DNA of 64,000 nucleotides. Origin: a candidate division WOR-3 bacterium (GTDB taxonomy: Bacteria; Hydrothermota; Tepidihabitantia; SM23-42; JAOAFX01). The translations under genes and the position numbers were made by a program. Below the pieces are notes generated by a model. The model saw only the letters and a program-made list of their open reading frames with translations. It did no database searches and was not told the DNA's origin. Below are positions 21,506 to 30,040 of this stretch, piece by piece. The DNA lies in contig JBDRVV010000003.1 of NCBI GenBank assembly GCA_039802005.1, positions 64,595 to 128,594 on the forward strand. Reading direction: 5' to 3'. Each line of letters opens with the position of its first letter. Within the stretch, counting starts at the first letter, position 1.

Positions 21506-21936
21506 TGTTAGAACCTAAAAAGGTAAAATATCGTAAACAACAGAGAGGTAGAAGAAAAGGAAAGGCAACAAGTGGTAGCACAATTGCCTTTGGTGAATAC
21601 GGACTCATGGCACTTGAGCCAGCCTGGATAACCGCACGTCAAATAGAAGCAGCAAGAGTCGCCATTACCCACAGTATGAGAAAAGGTGCCAAAGTCTGGA
21701 TTAGAATATTCCCTGATAAACCCGTAACGAAAAAACCAGCAGAGACGAGAATGGGAAAAGGAAAAGGAGCACCTGAATTCTGGGTCAGCGTTGTTAAACC
21801 AGGTAGAATTATTTTTGAGATTGAAGGAGTTTCAAATGAAGAAGCTCGTGAATTATTCCGTGTCGCTGCCAGTAAGTTACCGATTAAGACAAGATTTGTC
21901 AAAAGAGAAGAGGGAATAAAATATGAAGGTTTATGA
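21505..21936 (+). CDS. rplP: 50S ribosomal protein L16
   Basis: [21 protein letters not shown]... Confidence 0.95.
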   Translation: MLEPKKVKYRKQQRGRRKGKATSGSTIAFGEYGLMALEPAWITARQIEAARVAITHSMRKGAKVWIRIFPDKPVTKKPAETRMGKGKGAPEFWVSVVKPGRIIFEIEGVSNEEARELFRVAASKLPIKTRFVKREEGIKYEGL

Positions 21937-22174
21937 ACTTAGAGAAAAATCACGAGAAGAATTGATTGAGATACTAAACGGATTATACCGTGAATTATTC
22001 AATCTGCGCATTCGCCACGCATCCCAGCAATTACCCAATCCAGTTAGATTACGAATTATAAAAAAAGATATCGCAAGGATAAGAACAATTCTTCGCGAAG
22101 ATGAATTAGGAAAGAGAAAATTATTACAACCCAAACAAGTTCAGACTAAGACAAAAGCAAAGAAAGGAGAATAA
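21923..22174 (+). CDS. rpmC: 50S ribosomal protein L29
   Basis: [29 protein letters not shown]... Confidence 0.85.
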   Translation: MKVYELREKSREELIEILNGLYRELFNLRIRHASQQLPNPVRLRIIKKDIARIRTILREDELGKRKLLQPKQVQTKTKAKKGE

Positions 22175-22407
22175 TGCGTAAAACCAAGGTTGGTGTTGTG
22201 GTAAGTGATAAAATGCAGAAAACCGTTATCGTTAAGTTCCAAAGATTTGTTAAACATCCGCTATATAAGAAACATATCAAAAAGGCAACGAAGGTGTATG
22301 CCCATGATGAAAAAAATGAATGTAAGATTGGTGATAAGGTGTTGATTGAAGAAACACGCCCCTTATCTAAATTGAAAAGGTGGCGGGTTTTAAAGAAAAT
22401 AATATAA
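22174..22407 (+). CDS. rpsQ: 30S ribosomal protein S17
   Basis: [33 protein letters not shown]... Confidence 0.9.
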   Translation: MRKTKVGVVVSDKMQKTVIVKFQRFVKHPLYKKHIKKATKVYAHDEKNECKIGDKVLIEETRPLSKLKRWRVLKKII

Positions 22408-22450
22408 AAATGTTGAATTTTGAGATTAATCAAATGATAGTGAGGTTCAG

Positions 22451-22819
22451 GTGATTCAAATCTATTCAAGATTAAAGGTATGTGATAATACTGGTGCACG
22501 GGTGGCAATGTGTATGCATGTTACTGGAAGTTCGGGAAGGCGTTATGCCTATGTTGGTGATATTATTAATGTAACAATAAAAGATGCCTTGCCCCATGCA
22601 CCAATCAAAAAAGGTGATAAGGCAAAGGCAGTAATAGTCCGAACAAGAAAAGAAATTAGACGTCCTGATGGTTCTTATGTAAGGTTTGATGACAATGCCT
22701 GTGTCTTGATCAACGAGCAAAAAGAACCAAAAGGAACAAGGGTATTCGGACCTGTAGCGCGTGAATTACGCGAAAAAGGATTTACAAAAATACTTTCTTT
22801 AGCGAGTGAAGTTGTATGA
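22451..22819 (+). CDS. rplN: 50S ribosomal protein L14 (GTG start)
   Basis: [16 protein letters not shown]..., a conserved L14 N-terminus. The start codon is GTG at 22451. Confidence 0.95.
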   Translation: MIQIYSRLKVCDNTGARVAMCMHVTGSSGRRYAYVGDIINVTIKDALPHAPIKKGDKAKAVIVRTRKEIRRPDGSYVRFDDNACVLINEQKEPKGTRVFGPVARELREKGFTKILSLASEVV

Positions 22820-23148
22820 AAGAAATAAAAAAAATAAAATTTGATATCAAAAAGAATGACCTGGTTGAGGTCATTTCTGGCGAAGAAAAAGGTAGAAGAG
22901 GTAGGGTGCTTGAAGTGGACCGTGAAAAAGGAAAGGCAATAGTTGAAGGAGTCAATCTTGTAAAAAAACATCAGCGCGCCCGTTCTCAGACCCAACCTTC
23001 TGGTATAATTACGAAACCAGCACCAATTCATATTTCAAATCTTGTTCTCATCTGCCCCAAATGTGGGAAAAAAGCCAAAATAAAAAGAGAAAAGGTTGAA
23101 AAAAGAAGGGTTAGAATTTGTAAAGAATGTGGGGAGATAATAGAATGA
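22816..23148 (+). CDS. rplX: 50S ribosomal protein L24 with C-terminal Cys4 zinc-ribbon-like tail
   Basis: KOW motif [25 protein letters not shown]-terminus [28 protein letters not shown] carries two CxxC pairs. Confidence 0.85.
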   Translation: MKEIKKIKFDIKKNDLVEVISGEEKGRRGRVLEVDREKGKAIVEGVNLVKKHQRARSQTQPSGIITKPAPIHISNLVLICPKCGKKAKIKREKVEKRRVRICKECGEIIE

Positions 23149-23705
23149 AAAAGAGTTATAAACCACGATTAAAGATTTTTTACGAAGAAACACTGCGAAA
23201 CTCATTATTAAAAAAATTAGGATATAAAAATATTTATCAAGTGCCGCAACTCAAAAAGATAGTTATTAATGTTGGTGTCGGTGAGGCAGTTTCAGATCCC
23301 AAAATATTGGAAATAATAAAAGAGGATCTGGCAAAGATAACTGGACAAGCACCGGCTTACACGCGTGCGAAAAGACCCATCTCTAATTTTAAAATTCGCA
23401 AAGGCATGACAATAGGATTAAAAGTAACGCTGAGGGGCAACCGTATGTATGAATTCTTTGATAGATTTATTAATTTCGCAGCACCCAGGATAAGAGATTT
23501 CAAAGGTTTCAAAAGGGATTCATTTGATGGTCGTGGTTCTTATAATCTGGGTTTGACTGAGCAAACCATATTTCCTGAGATTGAATATGACAAAGTGAAA
23601 AAGGTCTTCGGGATGGATATTGCGCTTGTAACTTCAGCAAAAAAAGATGAGGATGCCCTTGCATTGCTTGAAGGACTGGGCATGCCTTTTGAGAGAAAAA
23701 AATAA
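23127..23705 (+). CDS. rplE: 50S ribosomal protein L5
   Basis: L5 sequence; operon position after L24. Confidence 0.95.
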   Translation: MWGDNRMKKSYKPRLKIFYEETLRNSLLKKLGYKNIYQVPQLKKIVINVGVGEAVSDPKILEIIKEDLAKITGQAPAYTRAKRPISNFKIRKGMTIGLKVTLRGNRMYEFFDRFINFAAPRIRDFKGFKRDSFDGRGSYNLGLTEQTIFPEIEYDKVKKVFGMDIALVTSAKKDEDALALLEGLGMPFERKK

Positions 23706-23718
23706 AAGAGGAGGCTAA

Positions 23719-23904
23719 TTGGCAAAGTTATGTTTGGTTATAAAGGCAAAAAGACCGCCAAAGTTTGCAACCCGGAAATATAACCGCTGTCAGAGGTGCG
23801 GAAGGCCAAGGGGATTTTACAGAAAATTTGGTCTGTGCCGTATTTGCTTCAGAGAGCTCGCACTTCAGGGCGAACTTCCCGGGGTTAGAAAAGCAACCTG
23901 GTAA
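23719..23904 (+). CDS. rpsZ: 30S ribosomal protein S14 type Z (zinc-binding, 61 aa)
   Basis: [16 protein letters not shown]...[25 protein letters not shown]; short C4 form of S14. Confidence 0.9.
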   Translation: MAKLCLVIKAKRPPKFATRKYNRCQRCGRPRGFYRKFGLCRICFRELALQGELPGVRKATW

Positions 23905-23908
23905 AAAA

Positions 23909-24139
23909 CTAAATTTCTTTTCTACTCAGATTCTCAATCTTCTTTTCTAATTCTTCAATCTTTGCCCTTAATTTTTCTTTTTCTGCCCGTGATATTTTTA
24001 CCCGCACTCGAATCAAAAGATAAATTGTAAACAAAATCACAATCACCTGGAAAATACTAATAGGCAGAAACTTATTAATTATAGAAAAAATTAGGGAAAC
24101 GAAAGAAAAAACTAAAATTATTATAAGAACTTCGACCAT
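23909..24139 (-). CDS. Small membrane protein with C-terminal coiled coil (hypothetical)
   Basis: Two predicted TM helices followed by AEKEKLRAKIEELEKKIENL. It converges on rpsZ with only a 4-nt gap. Confidence 0.35.
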   Translation of the reverse strand: MVEVLIIILVFSFVSLIFSIINKFLPISIFQVIVILFTIYLLIRVRVKISRAEKEKLRAKIEELEKKIENLSRKEI

Positions 24140-24154
24140 AAATCTCCTTTAAAG

Positions 24155-24433
24155 TTACTTTGACTGCGTAATCTTTATTATCTGCCCCAATTTATCCGTG
24201 GTAACAAGCAGAATCTTATTCATCCGAATATTATCCGCCATTTTAACCTTTTTTACAAACTTAAAACTGAATATGGTCTTTGTCTCTTCGGAAACTTCAA
24301 GGGAAAGTTTTTTATAAACATGCTTCTGCGGTGGCATCTTTTTCTCGTTGACCTCGGGTTTAACACCCTTAAATTCAGGAAATTTCTTCTCAACCTCCCT
24401 CTTTATTTTTTCTATTATCTTCTTATCAACCAT
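24155..24433 (-). CDS. Hypothetical lysine-rich small protein
   Basis: ORF in an operon arrangement with 24458-25492; no motif recognised. Confidence 0.35.
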   Translation of the reverse strand: MVDKKIIEKIKREVEKKFPEFKGVKPEVNEKKMPPQKHVYKKLSLEVSEETKTIFSFKFVKKVKMADNIRMNKILLVTTDKLGQIIKITQSK

Positions 24434-24457
24434 TTCACTCCCCTGGACTTTAGTCCA

Positions 24458-25492
24458 TTAAAATAATTTTAACAAGGGGTTACCGTATAGCACAAATTGT
24501 AGCAAGGTCTTCTGATCGTCATCATCAAGAAACCCGTGGCGTCTTATCATTTTACGGGCGAAATCAATTTTAGCATTTTTAAATGCCTCACCAACTGATA
24601 ACCCCTGTTTTAAATACTCAAAAAGATATTTAATAAGAAGGTCAGCCTCACTTGATGGTGGCGTTGGAGGTCCGTAAGCAATCGTCGTTGAACCGCAGAA
24701 TCCAATGATATTATTCTGTTCTAAAAATTTTAAGGAAAGCGCATTTTTCTCAGTTTTGTTTATTATATAAGCACCATAACATGCCTCGGATGCAACAAAG
24801 CCCGTCGCCGATAAAATATTAGCAGGTCTCAATGCAACGGGATATTCACCACCCTGCTGTCCGTACCAGTTTTCAGATATTGCACTACCATGCAAATTAA
24901 AATATAAAAAATCCTTTTTGTTAAGCCACTCTGAATTAAAATTTTGGGATGTTGTGGGTGGCGAAATCTTCAAGTCTTTTACATCACCTATCTGTTTGTA
25001 AACATTCTTTGATGCCTCCTTCCAAACTTCGGCACTCATACCAAATGATTTATCAAACCTTGTAAACGATTTATTCAATTGTTTGATAATAAAATCCATT
25101 TTATTATTATCCGGTATCCTTGCACAAGCTCTTTCGGGGATTAAAAAGTCATCATCCCTTGAAGCATAGGGATTATCAGATAAAACGCTCGCGTCATCAT
25201 CATCGCAAGGATTTGGCAAACGATAGAATGGTACAACGCTATCTCCTCCAATGATTAAAACTGTCTGAATATTTCCCCATTTTTTTTCCAGTTTATTAAT
25301 GAACTCCCTTATGTCCTTTGGTTTTTTCTTTACCGGTTTGATATTGAAAACGTTTTCATCATCAAAAAAAACAAATTTTATATCACAATTTTTGTTTCTC
25401 TTTTTATATCTTTCAATCTCTTCTACAAGTGGTTTCAAATCACCAACTTCTTTTTGCAATGCCTTTTTGCAACTTAAGATCAACATACGCAT
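24458..25492 (-). CDS. Cytoplasmic caspase-fold (C25/CHAT-like) putative cysteine peptidase
   Basis: No signal peptide. TVLIIGGDSVVPF resembles the gingipain LLVGD..IP block. His-Gly dyad FNLHGS and Cys block ASEACYGAYI are placed in the order of caspase-hemoglobinase-fold peptidases. Confidence 0.4.
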   Translation of the reverse strand: MRMLILSCKKALQKEVGDLKPLVEEIERYKKRNKNCDIKFVFFDDENVFNIKPVKKKPKDIREFINKLEKKWGNIQTVLIIGGDSVVPFYRLPNPCDDDDASVLSDNPYASRDDDFLIPERACARIPDNNKMDFIIKQLNKSFTRFDKSFGMSAEVWKEASKNVYKQIGDVKDLKISPPTTSQNFNSEWLNKKDFLYFNLHGSAISENWYGQQGGEYPVALRPANILSATGFVASEACYGAYIINKTEKNALSLKFLEQNNIIGFCGSTTIAYGPPTPPSSEADLLIKYLFEYLKQGLSVGEAFKNAKIDFARKMIRRHGFLDDDDQKTLLQFVLYGNPLLKLF

Positions 25493-25647
25493 AATGTATT
25501 ATAACAAAAAAATACATAAAAGTCAATCCTGTTTTTTATTGAATCATTTTTAACTACAATATCTTATCCAATAAATTGGTTAACCATAAAAAAGTTTATT
25601 GAACTCAAAAGAAGGAAAATAATTGTTTATGCAATTATAGGAGAAAT

Positions 25648-25687
25648 TGTTGCGACATTGCATAAATGATGTTGCAATTATGCAACA
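25648..25687. promoter_or_regulatory. Cluster of TTGCA/TGCAA half-sites, including the perfect palindrome TGTTGCA-ATTA-TGCAACA (25670-25687); candidate enhancer-binding-protein UAS or operator
   Basis: An 18-bp perfect inverted repeat plus a degenerate neighbour TGTTGCGACATTGCATAA (25648-25665). The core matches the LuxO/NtrC-type TTGCA-Nx-TGCAA architecture. Confidence 0.4.
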
Positions 25688-25780
25688 ATCAAATATATTC
25701 AATATCAGCGTAAATTCTCACGATTTATGGGGAAATTATGAAGTTATAATTAAAATTAAGTGTAATAATTCCAGAGGCAC

Positions 25781-25798
25781 TGTTGCAAAATTGCAACA
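25781..25798. promoter_or_regulatory. Second palindrome TGTTGCA-AAAT-TGCAACA; candidate UAS
   Basis: Perfect 7+4+7 inverted repeat, about 90 bp upstream of the -24 element at 25881. Confidence 0.45.
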
Positions 25799-25879
25799 TA
25801 TTTTAGCATATCGTTTCCGTTTTTTACTCTATCAGAGGAAAAACTTATGAAATTTCGGAGGTTTTTTAAAATTATAGAC

Positions 25880-25896
25880 GGGCACGCATTTTGCCT
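25880..25896 (+). promoter_or_regulatory. Sigma-54-type promoter (-24 GG / -12 GC): gGGCACGcattTTGCc
   Basis: GG at 25881-25882 and GC at 25893-25894 (12-nt spacing). Fits the TGGCACG-N4-TTGCW consensus except for the first T. Confidence 0.45.
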
Positions 25897-25905
25897 ATAG
25901 ATATA

Positions 25906-25982
25906 TAGGGTAGAGTAAAATAGGGCGGAAAGTGGAGAGGGGTTTGTAGAAAAACTTAGGCACTTCCGCCCTCTTTTTTGTT
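25906..25982 (+). ncRNA. Candidate ~75-nt sigma-54-dependent small RNA or leader, ending in an intrinsic terminator
   Basis: Predicted TSS about 12 nt after the -12 GC. The transcript would end at hairpin GGGCGGAAAGTG...CACTTCCGCCC (25923-25971) followed by CTCTTTTTTGTTCT. No ORF. Confidence 0.3.
25922..25982 (+). terminator. Rho-independent terminator-like hairpin plus U-tract
   Basis: 11-bp GC-rich stem with one bulge and a 26-nt loop, followed by TCTTTTTTGTTCT. Confidence 0.5.
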
Positions 25983-26001
25983 CTACTGCCAAAGGAGAGA
26001 A

Positions 26002-26214
26002 ATGAAAATGAAAACAGGAAATATTGAAGATATTCCAAATATAAATGAAATAAAAACAAAGGCCGAACAGAAATATATTGTAACGATTTTGAATACAGTA
26101 AATTGGCATATGACCGAGGCAGCGCGATTAATGGGCATAAATCGTTCAACCCTTTTTCGGAAGATAAAAAAATACGGAATAACTAAAAAGAAACCAAAAA
26201 GGTTGGCTTTTTAA
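26002..26214 (+). CDS. Small Fis-family (HTH_8) DNA-binding protein
   Basis: C-terminus TEAARLMGINRSTLFRKIKKYGI matches the Fis/NtrC C-terminal HTH. RBS aaaggagag at 25990-25998. The ORF track starts at 25978, but the ATG at 26002 has better RBS spacing. Confidence 0.6.
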   Translation: MKMKTGNIEDIPNINEIKTKAEQKYIVTILNTVNWHMTEAARLMGINRSTLFRKIKKYGITKKKPKRLAF

Positions 26215-27308
26215 TCCATCAATTCCAGATATTTTTTATTTTCTTTTAATTGGGGATAAGAAAAATAAACAAAGCCACCAAATGTTGTCTTCTTTATTAT
26301 ATCGATTTGTTTTTTGATCAAATCTGGACTCAGATTATAAATTCCAAGCCCAATCATAATTTTTTTGTGATCTTTTACATTAATTAATGTCTTATTTAGT
26401 ATTCCATCTATGTTTTTAGAATATGCCATAAGACATACAAAATCAATATAATCATTGTTGACCCAGGTAAGCCAGTCCTGATAAAATTCGTTTCGGGCAC
26501 TCGAATAATCCGGTTTAACTGCAGCCGAAAGTAAACAATCGGGTTTTTTAGATTTTATTAATTTTTGTACTTGAATTAAAAATTCAGTAAGGTCATTGTT
26601 GATAAATTGCCACCACATTCTGATTAATTCGTCATTACCTTTAATACCCAACCTTAACCTGAGTGAATCAGTGTCAAGTTCTAATGGATCATAAAAATAC
26701 TTTCTTTGAAACTTTGTCCTTAGGTGCATATCATAAACAAAATTTTCACCTGGATATCTTATGTAATCAAGATGGATACCATCAAAATTGTATTTATTCA
26801 ATACTTCTTCTATCACATTCAATAAATATATCCTGACGCTTGAATTTGCAGGCGCTAAATAATAACCTTCTATGCCCAATTTCTTGAGTTCATCAATTTG
26901 ATAATCGTAAATGGACCTCTGCTCTTTATCAAAAACGTACCAATCTGGTGCAAAATTGAACGGATGGCGATCATCGTCAATTCTTGTTCCATAACCCCAA
27001 GAATAGAAGACATTTATCCAGGCAGATACCTTAATACCTTTTGAATGTGCATGATTAAGGAAATCCTTCAGCCAGAGGTCATCTTTTATTCTCGTCGGTG
27101 CAATCTCTGATGGATAGTATGCTTCTCCGTTTCCGAATATCTGCAAAAATATATGATTGAATTTATTATCAATAACTTCAAATATCTTATGCTTATCCTG
27201 TATGGACCATCGGGGAATCCATATTCCCCTAAAATCACAGGTTCCTATAATCAATAACAACAACACATAAGAATTTAACCAAAAAAATCTGCAAGTCAAG
27301 ATTCTCAC
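26211..27308 (-). CDS. Glycoside hydrolase-like family 10 (GHL10/DUF187, YngK-like) secreted protein
   Basis: Signal-like N-terminus. FDGIHLDYIRYP and the surrounding TIM-barrel blocks are characteristic of GHL10. Confidence 0.5.
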   Translation of the reverse strand: MRILTCRFFWLNSYVLLLLIIGTCDFRGIWIPRWSIQDKHKIFEVIDNKFNHIFLQIFGNGEAYYPSEIAPTRIKDDLWLKDFLNHAHSKGIKVSAWINVFYSWGYGTRIDDDRHPFNFAPDWYVFDKEQRSIYDYQIDELKKLGIEGYYLAPANSSVRIYLLNVIEEVLNKYNFDGIHLDYIRYPGENFVYDMHLRTKFQRKYFYDPLELDTDSLRLRLGIKGNDELIRMWWQFINNDLTEFLIQVQKLIKSKKPDCLLSAAVKPDYSSARNEFYQDWLTWVNNDYIDFVCLMAYSKNIDGILNKTLINVKDHKKIMIGLGIYNLSPDLIKKQIDIIKKTTFGGFVYFSYPQLKENKKYLELMD

Positions 27309-27343
27309 TATTGACAGAGGCGAAAAAATATATAAATTATTAT

Positions 27344-28648
27344 ATGCTTATTGCTCAATTGACCTTCGGATTTTTCTGCACGGTATTTTTATTGTCACTG
27401 GGGTTATTCTATCTTTATTCTAAAAACCAGTTTGATAAAAAATTCCTTTTTGCAGGATTTTTCTTTCTCTTTGGTGCAGGATTTTTGCTTTCCAGTTATC
27501 TTATGAATTTGACATCACAACCCAGTAATACAATAATTTACTGGAATAAAATAATGTTTTCCTGTATCTTTGCTTATTTTTTTATATTTCCACAATTTGT
27601 TTATAACACGATTGGTAAAGGATATACAAAAGCATTTTGCTGGCTCACCGGACTTTTTTCTGTTATATTAATAATTTTAACACTTTTTACTGATTTATTT
27701 ATTAAAAATGAACTGATAGATTTTGCCGGCATTTACAGACCTACAAAATCAAATATAACCTATCTTTTAATCGTTCTTCTTGCAATCTGGGCAAGTTATA
27801 TATTTATAGATACAATAAAATATTACCGAAAGAACAAGCCGAAATTGATTGATGTTCGACCGATGATTATCGGCATTATTTTTGCAGTCTTATTGGGATT
27901 GCTTGACATTACGGGAACATTTTTGAACAAAACAATTATATTTAAAATAAGAGACCCATTCATATTTGGAATTTTTATCATTATGTTAACATTCGCCTGG
28001 ACATTTCTCTCACAATATTCAATGGTCTTTGCGAGTTTAAACAAATCAAAAGAAGAGATAGAAAAACTTATTGCAAAATCCAACAAAAATTTTATTGAAT
28101 TTGTCCAGTTGATTGCAAAAACCCTTGATGCCAAGGACGAATATACTGCCGGTCATTCTCTCCGTGTCCTTGATTATGCCTTAAAAATTGCTGAAGAACT
28201 AAAACTTTCGGAATCCGATAAAGAAATATTAAAGCAAGCATGCCTGCTACACGATATTGGAAAGATAGGGATACCGGACGGAATTTTGAATAAAAAAGGG
28301 AAACTTTCAGAGGATGAAAAAAGATATATAATTAATCATCCGATACTTGGACGAAAAATACTCGGCACCGTCAGTGAATTTCAACCAATCCTTGATATTG
28401 TCTATGCCCATCATGAGAGGGTTGACGGAAAAGGTTATCCCGAAGGAATTGATTGTGAAAAAATTCCTCTTCTGGCAAGAATAATTGCAGTAGCTGACAC
28501 TTATGATGCTATGATTTCAGAAAGACCTTACCGAAAGGCAAAATCCAAAGAAGAAGCAGTTAAAGAATTGCAAAATGCCAAAGATACCCAGCTTGATGGA
28601 GAAATAGTTGATCTATTTTTAAAAATACTCAATGTAAATGAAGGTTAA
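27344..28648 (+). CDS. Multi-pass membrane HD-GYP domain c-di-GMP phosphodiesterase
   Basis: About 7 TM helices, then HSLRVL...LLHDIGKIGIPDGIL...HHERVDGKGYPEGI (HD...HD...GYP). The ORF track starts at TTG 27311; the ATG at 27344 is preferred. Confidence 0.7.
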   Translation: MLIAQLTFGFFCTVFLLSLGLFYLYSKNQFDKKFLFAGFFFLFGAGFLLSSYLMNLTSQPSNTIIYWNKIMFSCIFAYFFIFPQFVYNTIGKGYTKAFCWLTGLFSVILIILTLFTDLFIKNELIDFAGIYRPTKSNITYLLIVLLAIWASYIFIDTIKYYRKNKPKLIDVRPMIIGIIFAVLLGLLDITGTFLNKTIIFKIRDPFIFGIFIIMLTFAWTFLSQYSMVFASLNKSKEEIEKLIAKSNKNFIEFVQLIAKTLDAKDEYTAGHSLRVLDYALKIAEELKLSESDKEILKQACLLHDIGKIGIPDGILNKKGKLSEDEKRYIINHPILGRKILGTVSEFQPILDIVYAHHERVDGKGYPEGIDCEKIPLLARIIAVADTYDAMISERPYRKAKSKEEAVKELQNAKDTQLDGEIVDLFLKILNVNEG

Positions 28649-29303
28649 CTTCTACCAATCTACCATTTTCAATTGTATAAATTTTTTCTGTCGTTTGTTT
28701 TAAAAAGTTGATATCCTGGGAAATTATCGCGTATGTAAATTTTTTACTATTTAAAATATTAATTACCCTTTTGACACCCTCCTCATCAAGCCCATTTGTT
28801 GGCTCATCAAGGAGCAAAATTTTTGGCTGCATTGCCAGTATAGTTGCAATTGCCAGTTTCTTTTTTTCACCCTCGGACAGTTGATACGGAGCCCTTTCTT
28901 CAAATCCTTCGAGCCCAACAAGTTCAAGAGATTTTTTTACAATGCTTTCAATCTCTTCTTTAGGAACTCTATAATTTAAAGGACCAAATGCCGTTTCCTC
29001 TCTAACACTCGGACAGAATAACTGGTCGTCAGAATTCTGAAATAAGAATCCAATCATTTCTCGCACCTTCTGAAAATCTTTTTCACCTTTTATAATCCTG
29101 CCTGCAATCTCAATTACTCCATTTGCGGGTTCAACAAATCCCATTATTATATTGAATAAAGTAGTCTTTCCTGAACCATTTGGACCAATGATACCCACAC
29201 GTTCACCCTCCAAAAGGGAAAAATGCAAATCATCAAAAAGTAGTGGTTTACCATTATACCCAAAAGTAATACTTGTTAACCTTATCAGATATTTTGCTTC
29301 CAT
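28629..29303 (-). CDS. cbiO: ECF/cobalt-nickel transporter ATPase component
   Basis: Walker A GPNGSGKTT, signature LSEGEKKKLAIA and Walker B ILLLDEPTNGLD. Start chosen at MEAKYL (29303), overlapping the cbiQ stop. Confidence 0.75.
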   Translation of the reverse strand: MEAKYLIRLTSITFGYNGKPLLFDDLHFSLLEGERVGIIGPNGSGKTTLFNIIMGFVEPANGVIEIAGRIIKGEKDFQKVREMIGFLFQNSDDQLFCPSVREETAFGPLNYRVPKEEIESIVKKSLELVGLEGFEERAPYQLSEGEKKKLAIATILAMQPKILLLDEPTNGLDEEGVKRVINILNSKKFTYAIISQDINFLKQTTEKIYTIENGRLVEVNLHLH

Positions 29304-30040
29304 CAGGCGATTATAATCAAAATGTTGCAAATGGTCAACAATATAGCACCAAAAACATCTGTAGTTTTGAATTGAAAGTGGTCTATGAGCCAGAATTTCC
29401 CACAAAATCCCCGGCATACCATTGCCCGATATAGATTATCTGCTCGGCTATAGCTTTTAACCAGTAGACTCCCGACAATATAAGCAATCGTCTTGTAGGT
29501 ATGAATAGAATTTCTCAGTTTAAACCCCCTTGCCTTTGCTGCCCGTATTATCTTTTCATATTCATCATTAAGAACCCAGAGATACCGATATATTAGAAAA
29601 AACAGGAAGACAAGTTTCTCTGGTATTTTAAGATGGAGCAGGCTATGAACAATATCAAATATACTTGATGTCGCTATAAGACTGATAAGAATCAAAAGTA
29701 TTGCATTTGCCTTTATGGTCAATAATAATGTAAACAAAAGACCTGGCTGACTTATTTTCAAACCTAATATTTTTAATAATGGTTCGCCTGGATATGTCAA
29801 AGGAAGAACAAGCCAGAGGAGTAGGAGAAATTTATCAACAATCAGTAATCTGTTTATTATCTCCAATAATCTTATCCTTGCAAGCATGACCAAAATAATG
29901 CTGATTAAAAGTCCGATTAACGAAGGAATCAATTCATTCTGTAGAGCAATAACCACAGAAAATACAAATGCATAAATGATCTTTATGCGCGGATCAAATC
30001 TGTGGATTATAGAATTACCATTTATATATTCATTAAACAT
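29303..30040 (-). CDS. cbiQ: ECF transporter transmembrane (T) component
   Basis: Typical CbiQ N-terminus IHRFDPRIKIIYAFVFSVVIAL; 5-6 TM helices; operon position between cbiM and cbiO. Confidence 0.7.
   Translation of the reverse strand: MFNEYINGNSIIHRFDPRIKIIYAFVFSVVIALQNELIPSLIGLLISIILVMLARIRLLEIINRLLIVDKFLLLLWLVLPLTYPGEPLLKILGLKISQPGLLFTLLLTIKANAILLILISLIATSSIFDIVHSLLHLKIPEKLVFLFFLIYRYLWVLNDEYEKIIRAAKARGFKLRNSIHTYKTIAYIVGSLLVKSYSRADNLYRAMVCRGFCGKFWLIDHFQFKTTDVFGAILLTICNILIIIA

Noticed and set aside
25776-25792. GGCAC-TG-TTGCA resembling a sigma-54 promoter
   Set aside because: The spacing between the GG and GC elements is 9 nt, not 12; it is part of the TGTTGCA palindrome instead.
23905-26214. 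Mobile element or integrated island interrupting the ribosomal operon
   Set aside because: No integrase, transposase, tRNA-adjacent att site, or terminal inverted/direct repeats found at the boundaries. Kept as an unexplained rearrangement.
27311-27343. TTG start proposed by the ORF track for the HD-GYP membrane gene
   Set aside because: It would leave only 2 nt to the divergent neighbour. The ATG at 27344 (MLIAQLTF...) begins directly with the first TM helix and is the more plausible start.
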